64,000 nucleotides of DNA from NCBI GenBank assembly GCA_028821115.1, contig JAPPHF010000078.1, forward strand, positions 1,054-65,053. Reading direction: 5' to 3'. How positions within the stretch are numbered: the first letter of the stretch is position 1; each line of letters starts with the position of its first letter. Below are positions 1 through 10,587 of this stretch, piece after piece. The position numbers and the translations under genes are program-made. The stretch is from Deltaproteobacteria bacterium. Its GTDB lineage: Bacteria; Desulfobacterota; Binatia; UBA9968; JAJDTQ01. Under the pieces are notes generated by a model that saw nothing but the letters and a program-made list of their open reading frames with translations, was not told the DNA's origin and did not search any database.

Positions 1-401
1 AGTTCGTCCGGGAGCTCGCCGGGGCGCGCTACTTCAACGACTCCAAGGGCACCAACGTCGGCGCCGTCCGGAAGTCGCTGGCCAGCTTCGACAGCCCCAT
101 CGTGCTCATCGCCGGCGGCGTTGACAAGGGCGGCGGCTACGGCGGACTGGCGCCGCTGATACGGGAGCGGGTGCGCAAGCTGATCCTGTTGGGTGCATCC
201 GCGGAGCTCATGGAGGAGGCCCTGGGGGGATTGACCGACACTTTGGTCGTGACGGATCTCGGGGAAGCGGTGCGCGAGGCCCGGGCCGCCGCTCATGCCG
301 GCGACGTGGTGCTGTTGTCGCCGGCATGCTCGAGCTTCGACATGTTCGAGAACTATGCCGAGCGGGGCCGCGCGTTCAAGGAGCTGGTGAAGGCCCTATG
401 A
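1..401 (+). CDS. murD: UDP-N-acetylmuramoylalanine--D-glutamate ligase, C-terminal fragment (5' end outside window)
   Basis: Frame open to window edge; C-terminal Mur-ligase sequence (VVLLSPACSSFDMFENYAERGRAFKE); sits before ftsW as in canonical dcw order; stop overlaps ftsW start (ATGA). Confidence 0.85.
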   Translation, partial: FVRELAGARYFNDSKGTNVGAVRKSLASFDSPIVLIAGGVDKGGGYGGLAPLIRERVRKLILLGASAELMEEALGGLTDTLVVTDLGEAVREARAAAHAGDVVLLSPACSSFDMFENYAERGRAFKELVKAL

Positions 402-1498
402 ACGGGATTCGCAACGTGGACCGGTGGATGCTGGCGAGCCTGGTGGCGTTGCTCGCCATCGGCATCACCATGGTGCTGAACACCAGCTACCTCTTCGCCC
501 AGGAACGTTTCGGCGACGGCACCTACCTGTTCCGCAAGCAGTTGTTGGCCGCCGGCCTCGGCCTGCTGGGACTCTCCGTGGCCTTGTTGCTGCCGCCGCC
601 TGCCTATCGCCGCCTTGCGGGCCCGCTGCTCGTCGCCGCCCTGGTGACGCTGGTGCTGGTGCTGATTCCCGGTGTCGGCGTGGTCCGGGGCGGGGCCCAT
701 CGCTGGCTGGGAGTGTCGCCGTTCCTGTTCCAGCCGTCGGAGGTGGCCAAGGTGTGCTTCGTGCTCTACCTGGCCTATTCCCTCTCCAGAAGGGCCGACC
801 GGTTGGACGGCTTCGTATCCGGCGTTCTGCCTCCGCTGCTGGTGACCGGGGGGTTCGTTGCCCTGCTGATGGCGGAGCCGGACTTCGGCTCGGCTTTCAT
901 TCTCGCCATCCTCGCCATGGCCATGCTGTTCGTGGCCGGCAGCCGGGTGAAGCATCTCGCCTGCGTGGCGGCGGCGGCGCTGCCGTTGGCGGCCTTCCTC
1001 GTCATGTCCGCCGACTATCGGGTGAAACGGCTTCTGGCCTTTCTGGACCCCTGGAGCGACTCCGCCAACAGTGGGTTCCAGATCATCCAGTCCTACATTG
1101 CCTTCGGCTCGGGGCAGTTGTGGGGCCGTGGGTTGGGCCAGAGCCGCCAGAAGCTCCTTTACCTTCCGGAGGCCCACACCGACTTCATCTACTCGGTGAT
1201 CGGGGAGGAGCTGGGTCTGTGGGGGGCGCTGCTGGTGGTGGGGTTGTTCGGCATCCTGCTCTATCGCGGCCTGCGGCTGGCCCTGGAAAGCGAGGAACCC
1301 TTCGTCCGCCTCATGGTGTTCGGGCTCACGATGCTCCTGGGGCTCCAGGCGCTGGTGCACATGAGCGTGGTCATGGGCCTGGTGCCCACCAAGGGACTGG
1401 TGCTGCCGTTCGTCAGCTACGGCGGCTCGGCCCTGGTCGTCCACTTGACGGTCGCGGGAATGCTCCTGGGCGTCTCCTGGAGGAGGGCACAGCCATGA
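398..1498 (+). CDS. ftsW: SEDS-family peptidoglycan glycosyltransferase / cell division protein FtsW
   Basis: Polytopic membrane protein with FtsW/RodA-type sequence (QPSEVAKV, GSGQLWGRGLGQS, LPEAHTDFI, PFVSYGGSA); start taken at ATG 398 overlapping murD stop rather than the upstream 326 ORF start. Confidence 0.9.
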   Translation: MNGIRNVDRWMLASLVALLAIGITMVLNTSYLFAQERFGDGTYLFRKQLLAAGLGLLGLSVALLLPPPAYRRLAGPLLVAALVTLVLVLIPGVGVVRGGAHRWLGVSPFLFQPSEVAKVCFVLYLAYSLSRRADRLDGFVSGVLPPLLVTGGFVALLMAEPDFGSAFILAILAMAMLFVAGSRVKHLACVAAAALPLAAFLVMSADYRVKRLLAFLDPWSDSANSGFQIIQSYIAFGSGQLWGRGLGQSRQKLLYLPEAHTDFIYSVIGEELGLWGALLVVGLFGILLYRGLRLALESEEPFVRLMVFGLTMLLGLQALVHMSVVMGLVPTKGLVLPFVSYGGSALVVHLTVAGMLLGVSWRRAQP

Positions 1499-2568
1499 GG
1501 CTGATCGTGGCCGGCGGCGGCACCGGAGGACACCTCTTTCCCGGTTTGGCCGTGGCGCGGGAGTTCCGCCGGCGCAACGACGCTGCGCGCATCCTCTTCG
1601 TAGGGAGTCGCTGGGGCATCGAGAGCCGGGTGATCCCGCAGACCGAGTTTCCGCTGGAGTTGCTGCCCATTCGCGGCCTCAAGGGACGCGGCCTCAAGGG
1701 GTTGCTGGAGGGTCTGTACGGGATACCCGCGAGCCTGTGGCGCTCTCGCTCCATCATCCGCCGCTTCGATCCGCAGTGCATCATCGGCCTCGGCGGCTAC
1801 GCCTCCGGACCGCTGTTGCTGGCGGGGGTGTCGCGGCGTGTCCGTTGCGCGATCCTGGAGCAGAACCTGCGCCCGGGATTGACCAACCGTGTCCTGGGCC
1901 GGCTGGTGGACCGGATCTTCACGAGCTTCCGCGAGAGCGTGGACTATTTCCCCGGAGCCAAGGTCGTGCTGACGGGCACGCCGGTACGGTGGCGCGGCCT
2001 TCCCGCGGTGGAGCGGGAGGACCGCTTTCATCTGCTGGTCTTCGGCGGCAGCGCGGGGGCTCACCGGATCAACGAGGCGGTGCTGGGCGCGCTGGCGCAT
2101 CTGGGCGATCTTGCGGCCGGGTTCCGGGTGACGCACCAGACCGGGCGCGCCGACGAGGAGCCGGTGAGAAAGGGCTATGAGTCGCTGCCGTGCGCGGCGG
2201 AGGTGCTGCCGTTCATCGAGCGCATGGACAGCGCGTACGCCGCGGCCGACCTGGTGCTGTGCCGGGCGGGGGCCTCGACGCTGTCGGAGCTCACGGTATT
2301 CGGCAAGCCCTCGGTGTTGATCCCGTATCCGCACGCGGCTCACGACCACCAGAGGCTCAATGCGCAAGCCCTCGAGGAAGCCGGCGCCGCCGAGGTGATC
2401 GTGGAGCAGGAACTGACATCCCCGGGGTTGGCCGAAACCATCCGCGCCCTCCACGGGGACTCCGCGCGGCGCTCGGCCATGGGCCGCGCCGCCGCGCGCC
2501 TCGGCCGGGGGGACGCGGCCGAACGAATCGTGGACGAGTGCCATGCCCTCGTCCCCGAGTGGCGGTGA
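1495..2568 (+). CDS. murG: UDP-N-acetylglucosamine--N-acetylmuramyl-(pentapeptide) pyrophosphoryl-undecaprenol GlcNAc transferase
   Basis: N-terminus MRLIVAGGGTGGHLFPGLAVA typical of MurG; internal start of ORF 424..2568; ATGA overlap with ftsW stop. Confidence 0.95.
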   Translation: MRLIVAGGGTGGHLFPGLAVAREFRRRNDAARILFVGSRWGIESRVIPQTEFPLELLPIRGLKGRGLKGLLEGLYGIPASLWRSRSIIRRFDPQCIIGLGGYASGPLLLAGVSRRVRCAILEQNLRPGLTNRVLGRLVDRIFTSFRESVDYFPGAKVVLTGTPVRWRGLPAVEREDRFHLLVFGGSAGAHRINEAVLGALAHLGDLAAGFRVTHQTGRADEEPVRKGYESLPCAAEVLPFIERMDSAYAAADLVLCRAGASTLSELTVFGKPSVLIPYPHAAHDHQRLNAQALEEAGAAEVIVEQELTSPGLAETIRALHGDSARRSAMGRAAARLGRGDAAERIVDECHALVPEWR

Positions 2569-3962
2569 TGGGACCGAGAGCGTTTGAAAGACGCCATCGT
2601 GTGCACTTCGTCGGCATCGGCGGCGTCGGCATGAGCGGAATCGCGGAGGTCTTGTTGAACCTGGGCTACGAGATAAGCGGCTCCGATCTTCAGGAAAACG
2701 ACGCCACGCGGCGTCTGCGGTCCCTGGGGGCGGAGGTGCGCATCGGCCACGATGCCGCCAACCTGGCCGAGGGTCTTTCCGTGGTGGTGATCTCCACCGC
2801 GGTGAAGTTCTCCAACCCGGAAGTGGTGGCGGCCAAGGAACGCCAGATCCCGGTGATTCCACGCGCCGAGATGCTCGCCGAGCTCATGCGCATGAAGTAC
2901 GGCATCGCGGTGGCGGGCAGCCACGGGAAGACCACCACGACGTCGATGATCGGACACGTCCTGACCGAGGCCCGAATGGATCCGACCCTGGTCATCGGCG
3001 GCCGGATACGGTCCCTGGCCGGAAACGCGCAGATGGGCAGAGGCGACATCCTGGTGGCCGAGGCCGACGAAAGCGACGGCACCTTCCTGCTGCTGTCGCC
3101 GTCGTTGGCGGTGGTGACCAACATCGACCGCGAGCACATCGAGTACTACGGCACGACGGAGGAGCTCGCCGACGCGTTTCTGGAGTTCGTCAACAAGGTG
3201 CCTTTCTACGGGGTCGCGGTGCTCTGCCTGGACCATCCGACGGTCCGTGGACTGATACCCCGGGTGAACAAGCGGGTGGTCACCTACGGCCTTTCGGCGG
3301 ACGCGGACTTCAGCGCCGAGGAGGTTCGCGCGCGGCAGATGGAGTCGAGTTTCTCGGTGCTGCACCACGGCCAGGCGCTGGGAGCGGTGACATTGCCCAT
3401 GCCGGGTCGCCACAGCGTCGCCAACGCCCTGGCGGCCATCGCCGTGGCGGTGGAGCTGGGAGTCGACTTTGCCGACGCGGCAGAGGCTCTGGGCCGTTTC
3501 GCCGGCATCCACCGCCGGTCGGAGATCAAGGGCGAGGTGGCCGGGATCCTCGTCATGGACGACTACGGGCATCATCCGACGGAGATCGAGTCCACCCTCC
3601 AGGCCATCACCGAGGGTTGGGGGCGTCCCTTGACGGTGGTGTTTCAGCCGCACCGTTACAGCCGCACGAAGGACCTGTTCGAGGACTTCGTCTCGGCGTT
3701 CGACGGCGTCCACCGGCTGATCGTCACCGACATCTACGCCGCCGGAGAGGAGCCGGTGCCGGGGGCAAGCAGCGAGGAGTTGTACCGCGCCATCAGGCGC
3801 CGGGGGCACATGGACGTGGAGTTCGTCGCCGCCAAGGAGGACGTAGCCGGCGGCCTCCTGCCGCGGCTCGCGGACGGCGACATGGTCCTGACCCTCGGCG
3901 CCGGGGACATCCACAAGGTTGGGGAGACACTGCTTGAGTCCTTGCGAGAACAGAGGCAATGA
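2568..3962 (+). CDS. murC: UDP-N-acetylmuramate--L-alanine ligase
   Basis: HFVGIGGVGMSGIAEVL and GSHGKTTTTSM P-loop of Mur ligases; internal ATG of ORF 2190..3962 directly abutting murG stop (GTGATGG). Confidence 0.95.
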   Translation: MGPRAFERRHRVHFVGIGGVGMSGIAEVLLNLGYEISGSDLQENDATRRLRSLGAEVRIGHDAANLAEGLSVVVISTAVKFSNPEVVAAKERQIPVIPRAEMLAELMRMKYGIAVAGSHGKTTTTSMIGHVLTEARMDPTLVIGGRIRSLAGNAQMGRGDILVAEADESDGTFLLLSPSLAVVTNIDREHIEYYGTTEELADAFLEFVNKVPFYGVAVLCLDHPTVRGLIPRVNKRVVTYGLSADADFSAEEVRARQMESSFSVLHHGQALGAVTLPMPGRHSVANALAAIAVAVELGVDFADAAEALGRFAGIHRRSEIKGEVAGILVMDDYGHHPTEIESTLQAITEGWGRPLTVVFQPHRYSRTKDLFEDFVSAFDGVHRLIVTDIYAAGEEPVPGASSEELYRAIRRRGHMDVEFVAAKEDVAGGLLPRLADGDMVLTLGAGDIHKVGETLLESLREQRQ

Positions 3963-4873
3963 GCACCGACCGATTGACCACGGAGCTGAGCGGCATCGCC
4001 GGCGTGGCGGTGCGGGTGCGCGAGCCGCTGGCCCGCTACACCTCTTTCAAGGTCGGCGGACCTGCGGACTACTTCGTGGAGGCGAATACGAACCGGGGCC
4101 TGAGCGCCTGCCTGAGGGTACTGGCATGCCGCGACGTGCCGGTGCTGTTGCTGGGCAACGGCAGCAACCTGTTGGTCAGCGATCGGGGGGTGCGTGGTGT
4201 GGTGGTGCGGTTGCGGGGGGAGTTTCGCCGGGTGCGTTGGCGGGATGCGGGCGCGGACGTGGGCGCCGCCTACGCGGTGAGCCGACTGGTGCGCGAAACC
4301 GTGCGCCGCGGGTTGGGCGGATTGGAGTTCGCCGAGGGCATTCCCGGCAGCGTGGGCGGTTCGCTGATGATGAACGCCGGCGCGTACGGATCGGAAATGG
4401 AGCGGATCGTGACCGGGGTTGAGGCAGTCAATGCCCGCGGCGAGCCCTTGGTCTTCGCGCACGAGGAGTTGAGCTTCTCGTATCGCGAGGCGCGGCTGCC
4501 CGAGGGCGCCGTCGTCACCCGCGTCGGGTTGGCGCTGACGCGGGAGACGCCCGATGTGGTGGACGCACGCATGCGCGCCATCATGGCGCGGCGCCGGGAG
4601 AGTCAGCCATCGGGCCATCCGAACTTCGGTTCGGTGTTCCGCAATCCGCCGGGCGACTATGCCGGAAGGCTGATCGAGGCGTCGGGGCTCAAGGGAATGC
4701 GCGTGGGCGACGCCGAGGTGTCGCGGCGCCACGCGAACTTCATCGTCAACCGTGGCGACGCCCGGGCCGAGGACGTCCGGCGGCTGATCGAGCAGGTGAG
4801 CAGCAGGGTGGAGAGCCGGTTCTCGGTCACCCTGCAAACCGAAGTGCGGTTTGCCGGGGAGTGGCCGTCATGA
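3959..4873 (+). CDS. murB: UDP-N-acetylenolpyruvoylglucosamine reductase
   Basis: PLARYTSFKVGGPADYF, GNGSNLL, C-terminal MurB sequence; ATGA overlap with murC. Confidence 0.95.
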   Translation: MSTDRLTTELSGIAGVAVRVREPLARYTSFKVGGPADYFVEANTNRGLSACLRVLACRDVPVLLLGNGSNLLVSDRGVRGVVVRLRGEFRRVRWRDAGADVGAAYAVSRLVRETVRRGLGGLEFAEGIPGSVGGSLMMNAGAYGSEMERIVTGVEAVNARGEPLVFAHEELSFSYREARLPEGAVVTRVGLALTRETPDVVDARMRAIMARRRESQPSGHPNFGSVFRNPPGDYAGRLIEASGLKGMRVGDAEVSRRHANFIVNRGDARAEDVRRLIEQVSSRVESRFSVTLQTEVRFAGEWPS

Positions 4874-5826
4874 GCGCGCCGGCGACAGCCTGGCGAACAC
4901 GCCGGGTGGGCGTCCTCTACGGCGGTCCCTCGGCGGAAAGGGAAGTGTCGCTGGTGTCGGGGAAGGAGGTCGCCGACGCCTTGCGGCAACGGGGTTACAA
5001 GGGAGTGTCTCTCATCGACGTGGGCCGGGACTTGCCCGGACAACTGCGCAAGCGCCGCGTCGACGTCGTCTTCAACGCGCTGCACGGCAAGATCGGAGAG
5101 GACGGCTGCGTGCAGGGACTGCTGGAGGTCATGGGCATCCCCTATACGGGTTCGGGCGTGACCGCCTCGGCGTTGTGCATGGACAAGGTGTTGACCAAGG
5201 AGGTGCTGCTACGGAACCGGGTTCCGACACCGCCGTATCGGGTGGTGTCCGGGGACGGAGAGGCGGCGGCGAAGCTCCCGTTGCCCGCCGTGGTGAAACC
5301 GCGGGCCGAGGGCTCCTCCATCGGCGTCACCATCGTGCGGCGGCGAAGGGACCTGGCTCCGGCGTTGCGCAAGGCGTGTCGGTCGGACCGGGACGCGCTG
5401 GTGGAGCGATACGTGGCCGGCAGGGAAATTACCGTGGGGCTGCTCAACGGCGAGGCCCTGGGGGTCACCGAGATCAGGCCGGCGAAGGGTTTCTACGACT
5501 TCAAGACCAAGTACACCTCTGGCATGGCGTCCCACGTCTTCCCGGCTCCCCTGCCGGGCATGCTCTATCGCAAGGCTCTGCGGCTGGCGGCTCGGGCCTG
5601 TGCGGCGTTGGGGTGCGAGGGAGCGCCCCGGGTGGACTTCCGCCTCTCCCGGGAACAGCGGTTGTACGTGCTGGAGGTCAACACGCTGCCGGGGATGACT
5701 CCGCTGAGCCTGCTGCCGGAGATCGCCGCGGGGGTCGGAATCGACTTCGGCGGGCTGGTGGAGCGGATTCTGGAGCGCGCGTCGTTGAAGAACGCCGCGG
5801 CCGCGCGGGAGGGAGGCAATGCATAG
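4870..5826 (+). CDS. ddl: D-alanine--D-alanine ligase
   Basis: VGVLYGGPSAEREVSLVSG, ATP-grasp body, EVNTLPGMT; ATG 4870 overlaps murB stop (ATGA); GTG 4861 is the alternative track start. Confidence 0.93.
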   Translation: MSAPATAWRTRRVGVLYGGPSAEREVSLVSGKEVADALRQRGYKGVSLIDVGRDLPGQLRKRRVDVVFNALHGKIGEDGCVQGLLEVMGIPYTGSGVTASALCMDKVLTKEVLLRNRVPTPPYRVVSGDGEAAAKLPLPAVVKPRAEGSSIGVTIVRRRRDLAPALRKACRSDRDALVERYVAGREITVGLLNGEALGVTEIRPAKGFYDFKTKYTSGMASHVFPAPLPGMLYRKALRLAARACAALGCEGAPRVDFRLSREQRLYVLEVNTLPGMTPLSLLPEIAAGVGIDFGGLVERILERASLKNAAAAREGGNA

Positions 5827-6667
5827 CCCGTCGAACCGGTTCGGGAAGCCCGGCAGGCGTTGGCTGGCCATGGCGGCGGCCGGCGGTGTGCTGGCGTCGC
5901 TGGCGGCGGTCGGGTGGCTCGGCCGGGGATACTCCGTGGATCTCTATCGCCAGGCGCGCTCGGCGCTGGACGTTTCCGCGGCGACGGCCCGGTCGGCGGC
6001 CGGGGAGGCCTCGGGCTTCTTCGTGACGCACCCCTACTTCGCCATCCGGGAAGTGAAGGTCGTAGGCGTGGAGAAGGTCAAGGGGGCGGAGCTGGTGGCG
6101 ATGTCCGGTCTGGGACCTCATACCGGCATCTGGAGCATCGATCCGACGGAAATCGAGGAAAGGGTGCGGCAGCACCCCTGGGTCCGGTCGGTCGTGATAC
6201 GGCGGGAGTTTCCGGGCCGCCTGGTGATCGACATCGAGGAATGGAGAGCGCGCGCCATCGTGGCGCTGGACAAGCTCTACTACGTTGCGGACGACGGCGT
6301 CATCTTCAAGGAACTCGACGACGAGGACTCCGTCGACTTTCCCTTCATCACCGGGCTGCGGGCCGCGCGGTTGCCGCTGCGGGAGCCCGCCACGCGGGAG
6401 AAGCTGTCCCAGGCGGTGGCCCTGGGACGGAAAGTGGAACGGGCGTCGCTGGGCCTGTCGGAAATCCGCTTCGAGTCCGGCGGCGGCATCGTCCTCTATC
6501 CGGTTTCGTACGCGGTGCCTTTTCGCATGGGCTGGGGCGACTGGGACGAGAAGCTGACGCGGATGCGGTGGTTCCTGCGGAAGTTCCAGGGGCAGGGAGC
6601 CCGTTTCCGGGCCGTGGACTTGAGTTTCCGGGGGCAGGTGGTGGCGCGCCCGCGGGGAAGGGTGTGA
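5819..6667 (+). CDS. ftsQ: cell division protein FtsQ (POTRA domain)
   Basis: Single N-terminal TM segment then POTRA-like region (FAIREVKVVGVEKV...); position between ddl and ftsA. Confidence 0.85.
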   Translation: MHSPSNRFGKPGRRWLAMAAAGGVLASLAAVGWLGRGYSVDLYRQARSALDVSAATARSAAGEASGFFVTHPYFAIREVKVVGVEKVKGAELVAMSGLGPHTGIWSIDPTEIEERVRQHPWVRSVVIRREFPGRLVIDIEEWRARAIVALDKLYYVADDGVIFKELDDEDSVDFPFITGLRAARLPLREPATREKLSQAVALGRKVERASLGLSEIRFESGGGIVLYPVSYAVPFRMGWGDWDEKLTRMRWFLRKFQGQGARFRAVDLSFRGQVVARPRGRV

Positions 6668-6705
6668 TTCGATGGAAACGAACAATGAAAGAGGCGGGAT
6701 CATCC

Positions 6706-7935
6706 ATGTCTAAGAAGACCAACGTCGTCGTCGGGCTCGACATCGGGACCCACAAGATCTGCGCCGTGGTGGGAGAGCAGACCGAGCAGGGGCCGGAGGT
6801 GGTGGGGGTCGGCATTCACCCGTCGCGCGGTTTGAGGAAAGGCGTGGTGATCAATGTCGAGGCCACCATGGAGGGCATCAAGAAGGCGGTGGAGGAGGCG
6901 GAGATCATGGCGGGCTGCGAGATCAACACCGTCTTCGCCGGCATCGCGGGGGGTCACATCCGCGGGTTCAACAGCCACGGGGTGGTGGCGGTCAAGAACA
7001 ACGAGGTGACCGACGCCGACGTGGACAGGGTCATCGACGCGGCCAAGGCGGTGGCCATCCCCATGGACCGGGAGGTGCTCCACGTGCTGCCCCAGGAATT
7101 CGCCCTCGACGGCCAGGGTGGGATCGTGGAGCCCCGGGGCATGGCGGGGGTGCGGCTCGAGGCCAGCGTGCACGTGGTCACGGGCGCGGTGGCGGCGGCC
7201 CAGAACGTCATCAAGTGCTGCAATCGTACCGGGCTCAACGTCGCGGATTTCGTGCTCGAGCCGCTGGCGTCCGCCGATGCGACGCTGACCCAGGAAGAGA
7301 AGGAGGTGGGGGTGGCGCTGGTGGACATGGGCGGGGGCACCACCGACATCGCGTTGTTCCACGGCGGCTCGGTGAAGCACACGGCGGTGCTCAGCGTGGG
7401 CGGCAACCACCTCACCAGCGATATCGCCGCGGGATTGCATGCCCCGATGGCAGCGGCGGAGCAGTTGAAGCAGCGTTACGGGTGCGTGGAGACCGATCTG
7501 GCCAACCGCAACGAGACGCTGGAGGTGCCGAGCGTGGGCGGACGGAGCCCGCGGTCGGTGTCACGTCAGATCCTGTGCGAGATCATCGAGCCGCGCCTGG
7601 AGGAGGTCTTCAACCTGGTGCAGCGGGAGATCGGCAAGTCCGGCTACGAGGACCACCTGGTGTCGGGCATCGTCATGACCGGCGGCTGCACGCTTCTGCC
7701 GGGGATCATCGACATGGCGGAAAGGATCTTCGACGTGCCGGTGCGGCAGGGGGTGCCGGTCAACGTCACGGGGCTGGTGGACGTGGTGTCCAGCCCGGTC
7801 TACGCGACAGGCACCGGACTTCTGCTTTTCGGCCTCAGGCAGCAGGATCGGAGTCTGTTTCGGATCCGCGACAACGAACATCTGTTCTACAAGGTCCGGG
7901 GTCGGATGACGGAGTGGTTCAAGGAGTTCTTCTAG
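6706..7935 (+). CDS. ftsA: cell division protein FtsA
   Basis: VVGLDIGTHKICAVVGE actin-like phosphate-1 motif, DMGGGTTDIA; internal ATG of ORF 5860..7935. Confidence 0.95.
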   Translation: MSKKTNVVVGLDIGTHKICAVVGEQTEQGPEVVGVGIHPSRGLRKGVVINVEATMEGIKKAVEEAEIMAGCEINTVFAGIAGGHIRGFNSHGVVAVKNNEVTDADVDRVIDAAKAVAIPMDREVLHVLPQEFALDGQGGIVEPRGMAGVRLEASVHVVTGAVAAAQNVIKCCNRTGLNVADFVLEPLASADATLTQEEKEVGVALVDMGGGTTDIALFHGGSVKHTAVLSVGGNHLTSDIAAGLHAPMAAAEQLKQRYGCVETDLANRNETLEVPSVGGRSPRSVSRQILCEIIEPRLEEVFNLVQREIGKSGYEDHLVSGIVMTGGCTLLPGIIDMAERIFDVPVRQGVPVNVTGLVDVVSSPVYATGTGLLLFGLRQQDRSLFRIRDNEHLFYKVRGRMTEWFKEFF

Positions 7936-8030
7936 TCGATAAGGCGGGAACGGCCGGCCGGCGTGTGTGCGGGCGCTCGTTTCCCAAGGATCGAACACTG
8001 TAATGCAACTGGGGAAAAGGAGGAAGTGCC

Positions 8031-9254
8031 ATGTTTGAAATGGTGGACCCGGTAGATACCGGAGCACGGATCAAGGCCATCGGTATCGGCGGCGGCGGCG
8101 GCAACGCGGTCAATACGATGATCCAGGAAGGCCTCAAGGGCGTGGACTTCATCGTGGCCAACACGGACAGCCAGGCGCTGGATGCGAACCTGGCCGAGAT
8201 CAAGGTCCAGATCGGCGATTCCCTTACCAAGGGCCTCGGGGCCGGCGCCAATCCGGAGACAGGCCGGCGCGCCGCGATGGAGGACAAGGAGCGCCTCCGC
8301 GAGTTCCTCACGGGCGCCGACATGATCTTCATCACTGCCGGCATGGGCGGCGGCACCGGCACGGGCGGCGCGCCGGTCATCGCCAGCGTGGCGCGCGAAG
8401 TCGGGGCGCTGACGGTGGGCGTGGTGACCAAACCCTTCATCTTCGAAGGCAAGCGGCGCATGCAGCAGGCCGAGGAGGGCATCCGGGAGCTCAAGGACAA
8501 GGTGGATACCCTCGTGGTCATCCCGAACCAGCGGCTTCTCAGCATCGCCGGCAAGTCCACGACGTTGCTGGAGACCTTCAAGGTGGCGGACAGCGTGGTC
8601 ACCCAAGCGGTCCGGGGCATCGCCGACCTGATCGTGACGCCCGGGCTCATCAACCTCGACTTCGCCGACGTCCGTACGGTCATGAAGGAGATGGGATTCG
8701 CGCTCATGGGCGCGGCCGCGGCCTCGGGCGACAATCGGGCTCTGGAAGCGGCTCAACAGGCCATCTCCAGCCCGCTCCTGGAGGACGTTTCCATCAACGG
8801 CGCCCGCGGCGTCCTGATCAACGTCACCGGCGGTCCGGACATGAGCCTGTTCGAGGTCAACGAGGCGGCGACCCTTATCCAGGGTGAAGCCCACGACGAC
8901 GCGACCATCATCTTCGGCGCCGTCATCGACGAGACCATGGAGGACGAGCTGCGGATTACGGTCATCGCTACCGGGTTCGGCGACGGCGGCGTCCGGCAGC
9001 CGGAGGCCGCGCCCGCCGAGCAGAAACAGGCGTCGAACAGGCAGGGCTCGCTCGGGTTGGGTATCAAGGACATCAAGGGCAAGAAGGTCGTTCACCTCGG
9101 CACCCTCGAGGATGACGGATTCGGCGAACCGAGCTGGCACGGAGAGTCGGGAAAGGACTCGGCGACGCCCCATACACCCTACGACCTCACGGAGGACGAG
9201 GTGGCGGAGGACGACTTCGACATCCCCGCGTTCCTGCGCAAGCGGATGGACTAG
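8031..9254 (+). CDS. ftsZ: cell division protein FtsZ
   Basis: [33 protein letters not shown] tubulin signature; SD AAAGGAGGAAG upstream. Confidence 0.98.
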   Translation: MFEMVDPVDTGARIKAIGIGGGGGNAVNTMIQEGLKGVDFIVANTDSQALDANLAEIKVQIGDSLTKGLGAGANPETGRRAAMEDKERLREFLTGADMIFITAGMGGGTGTGGAPVIASVAREVGALTVGVVTKPFIFEGKRRMQQAEEGIRELKDKVDTLVVIPNQRLLSIAGKSTTLLETFKVADSVVTQAVRGIADLIVTPGLINLDFADVRTVMKEMGFALMGAAAASGDNRALEAAQQAISSPLLEDVSINGARGVLINVTGGPDMSLFEVNEAATLIQGEAHDDATIIFGAVIDETMEDELRITVIATGFGDGGVRQPEAAPAEQKQASNRQGSLGLGIKDIKGKKVVHLGTLEDDGFGEPSWHGESGKDSATPHTPYDLTEDEVAEDDFDIPAFLRKRMD

Positions 9255-9256
9255 CG

Positions 9257-9481
9257 CTAGCGGCGAAGCAAGAGCAGCGGAAGCGCCCCCCAGACGCCGA
9301 GGATCAAGCCGGCCAGGGTCCAGCCCGTCTGAGTGCGCCCGCCGTGCCGGGCGATGATCAGGCAAAGAATGCCGTCGCACAGGTGAATGAAGGCCAGGGT
9401 CGCCAGCAACACCTGCGGCCCCAGGTCCGGCTTGATGAAATAGAGCCCAGAAGCATAGGCCAGAAGTCCAAATACGTCCAT
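9257..9481 (-). CDS. small hypothetical membrane protein (74 aa, 2-3 predicted TM helices)
   Basis: Hydrophobic ORF filling the ftsZ-mtnA gap, coding-like codon usage; no recognisable family. Confidence 0.5.
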   Translation of the reverse strand: MDVFGLLAYASGLYFIKPDLGPQVLLATLAFIHLCDGILCLIIARHGGRTQTGWTLAGLILGVWGALPLLLLRR

Positions 9482-9495
9482 CGTTCCCAGTTTCC

Positions 9496-9523
9496 TTGAC
9501 GGTCGTTCTCAAGGTACTATATT
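9496..9523 (+). promoter_or_regulatory. sigma70-like promoter TTGACG-N16-TATATT upstream of mtnA
   Basis: Near-consensus -35/-10 hexamers about 27 nt upstream of the mtnA ATG. Confidence 0.4.
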
Positions 9524-9549
9524 TGAGCACGACCGAAAGATGAACCGAC

Positions 9550-10587
9550 ATGACCGTGAGAACGATCCAGTGGCGCGACGGTGAGGTGATCCTCATCGAC
9601 CAGCGCCGGCTCCCCCGCAGGGAGGTGTACCGGGTCTGCCGCAACTTCCGGCAGGTTGCCCAGGCCATCCGCACGATGGTCGTTCGCGGCGCCCCGGCCA
9701 TCGGCGTTGCCGCCGCCATGGGGGTCGCGCTGGGCGCGCGCCGCATCCAGCATCCCAGGCAGGCCGAAACGGCGATGGAAAGGGTTTTCCGCACGCTGGC
9801 CGACACGCGGCCCACCGCCGTGAACCTCCATTGGGCGCTGGCGCGCATGCGGCGGATCTATGAAGAGTACAAGGACGGCGACCTGGAGGTGCTGAAGCGC
9901 CGGCTCGAGGATGAGGCTCTCGAGATATACGAAGAAGACGTCGCCGCCAATCGCACCCTCGGCGGCCTGGGGGCCGGGTTGCTCAAGGATTCCCGGCGCA
10001 TCCTCACCCACTGCAACGCCGGCGCCCTGGCCACCGCCGGCTACGGCACCGCCCTGGGAGTTCTGCGGGCCATGAAGGAGTCGGGCGCGGCCATCGAGGA
10101 AGTGTTCGTGGACGAGACGCGGCCGTTTCTTCAGGGCGCCCGTTTGACCGCATGGGAGCTCGCCAAGGAGGAGATTCCGGTCACCCTCATCACCGACAAC
10201 ATGATGGGCTATGTGATGAACAGCGGCCGGGTGGACGCGGTGGTGGTCGGGGCGGATCGGGTGGCGGCCAACGGCGACGTCGCCAACAAGATCGGCACTT
10301 ACACGGTGGCGGTGCTGGCCCATCGGCACGAGGTTCCTTTCTACGTGGCGTGCCCGACTTCCACGGTGGATCTCGATTGTCCATCCGGCGCCGATATTCC
10401 CATCGAGCAGCGCAGCCAGGACGAGGTGACGCACATCGCCGGAACCCGTATCGCGCCTGACGGAGTGAACACGCTGAACCCCGCTTTCGACGTCACCGAT
10501 CATTCCCTGGTTTCGGCCATCATCACGGAAAAGGCGGTGGTCACGCCGCCGTACGAGCAGAACCTGCGGGCCGTCTGCCGCGGGTAG
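9550..10587 (+). CDS. mtnA: S-methyl-5-thioribose-1-phosphate isomerase
   Basis: eIF-2B alpha/beta/delta-like family sequence ([43 protein letters not shown]). Confidence 0.9.
   Translation: MTVRTIQWRDGEVILIDQRRLPRREVYRVCRNFRQVAQAIRTMVVRGAPAIGVAAAMGVALGARRIQHPRQAETAMERVFRTLADTRPTAVNLHWALARMRRIYEEYKDGDLEVLKRRLEDEALEIYEEDVAANRTLGGLGAGLLKDSRRILTHCNAGALATAGYGTALGVLRAMKESGAAIEEVFVDETRPFLQGARLTAWELAKEEIPVTLITDNMMGYVMNSGRVDAVVVGADRVAANGDVANKIGTYTVAVLAHRHEVPFYVACPTSTVDLDCPSGADIPIEQRSQDEVTHIAGTRIAPDGVNTLNPAFDVTDHSLVSAIITEKAVVTPPYEQNLRAVCRG

Noticed and set aside
424-2568. Long in-frame N-terminal extensions of murG, murC (2190), ftsA (5860), smpB (13851), the tctC genes (32503, 45100), uvrA (to 23246), the UbiD-family gene (28799) and others
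   Set aside because: The extensions are Arg/Pro/Gly-rich and overlap the preceding gene. Internal ATG/GTG starts reproduce canonical N-termini, have SD sequences or ATGA coupling, and were used instead.
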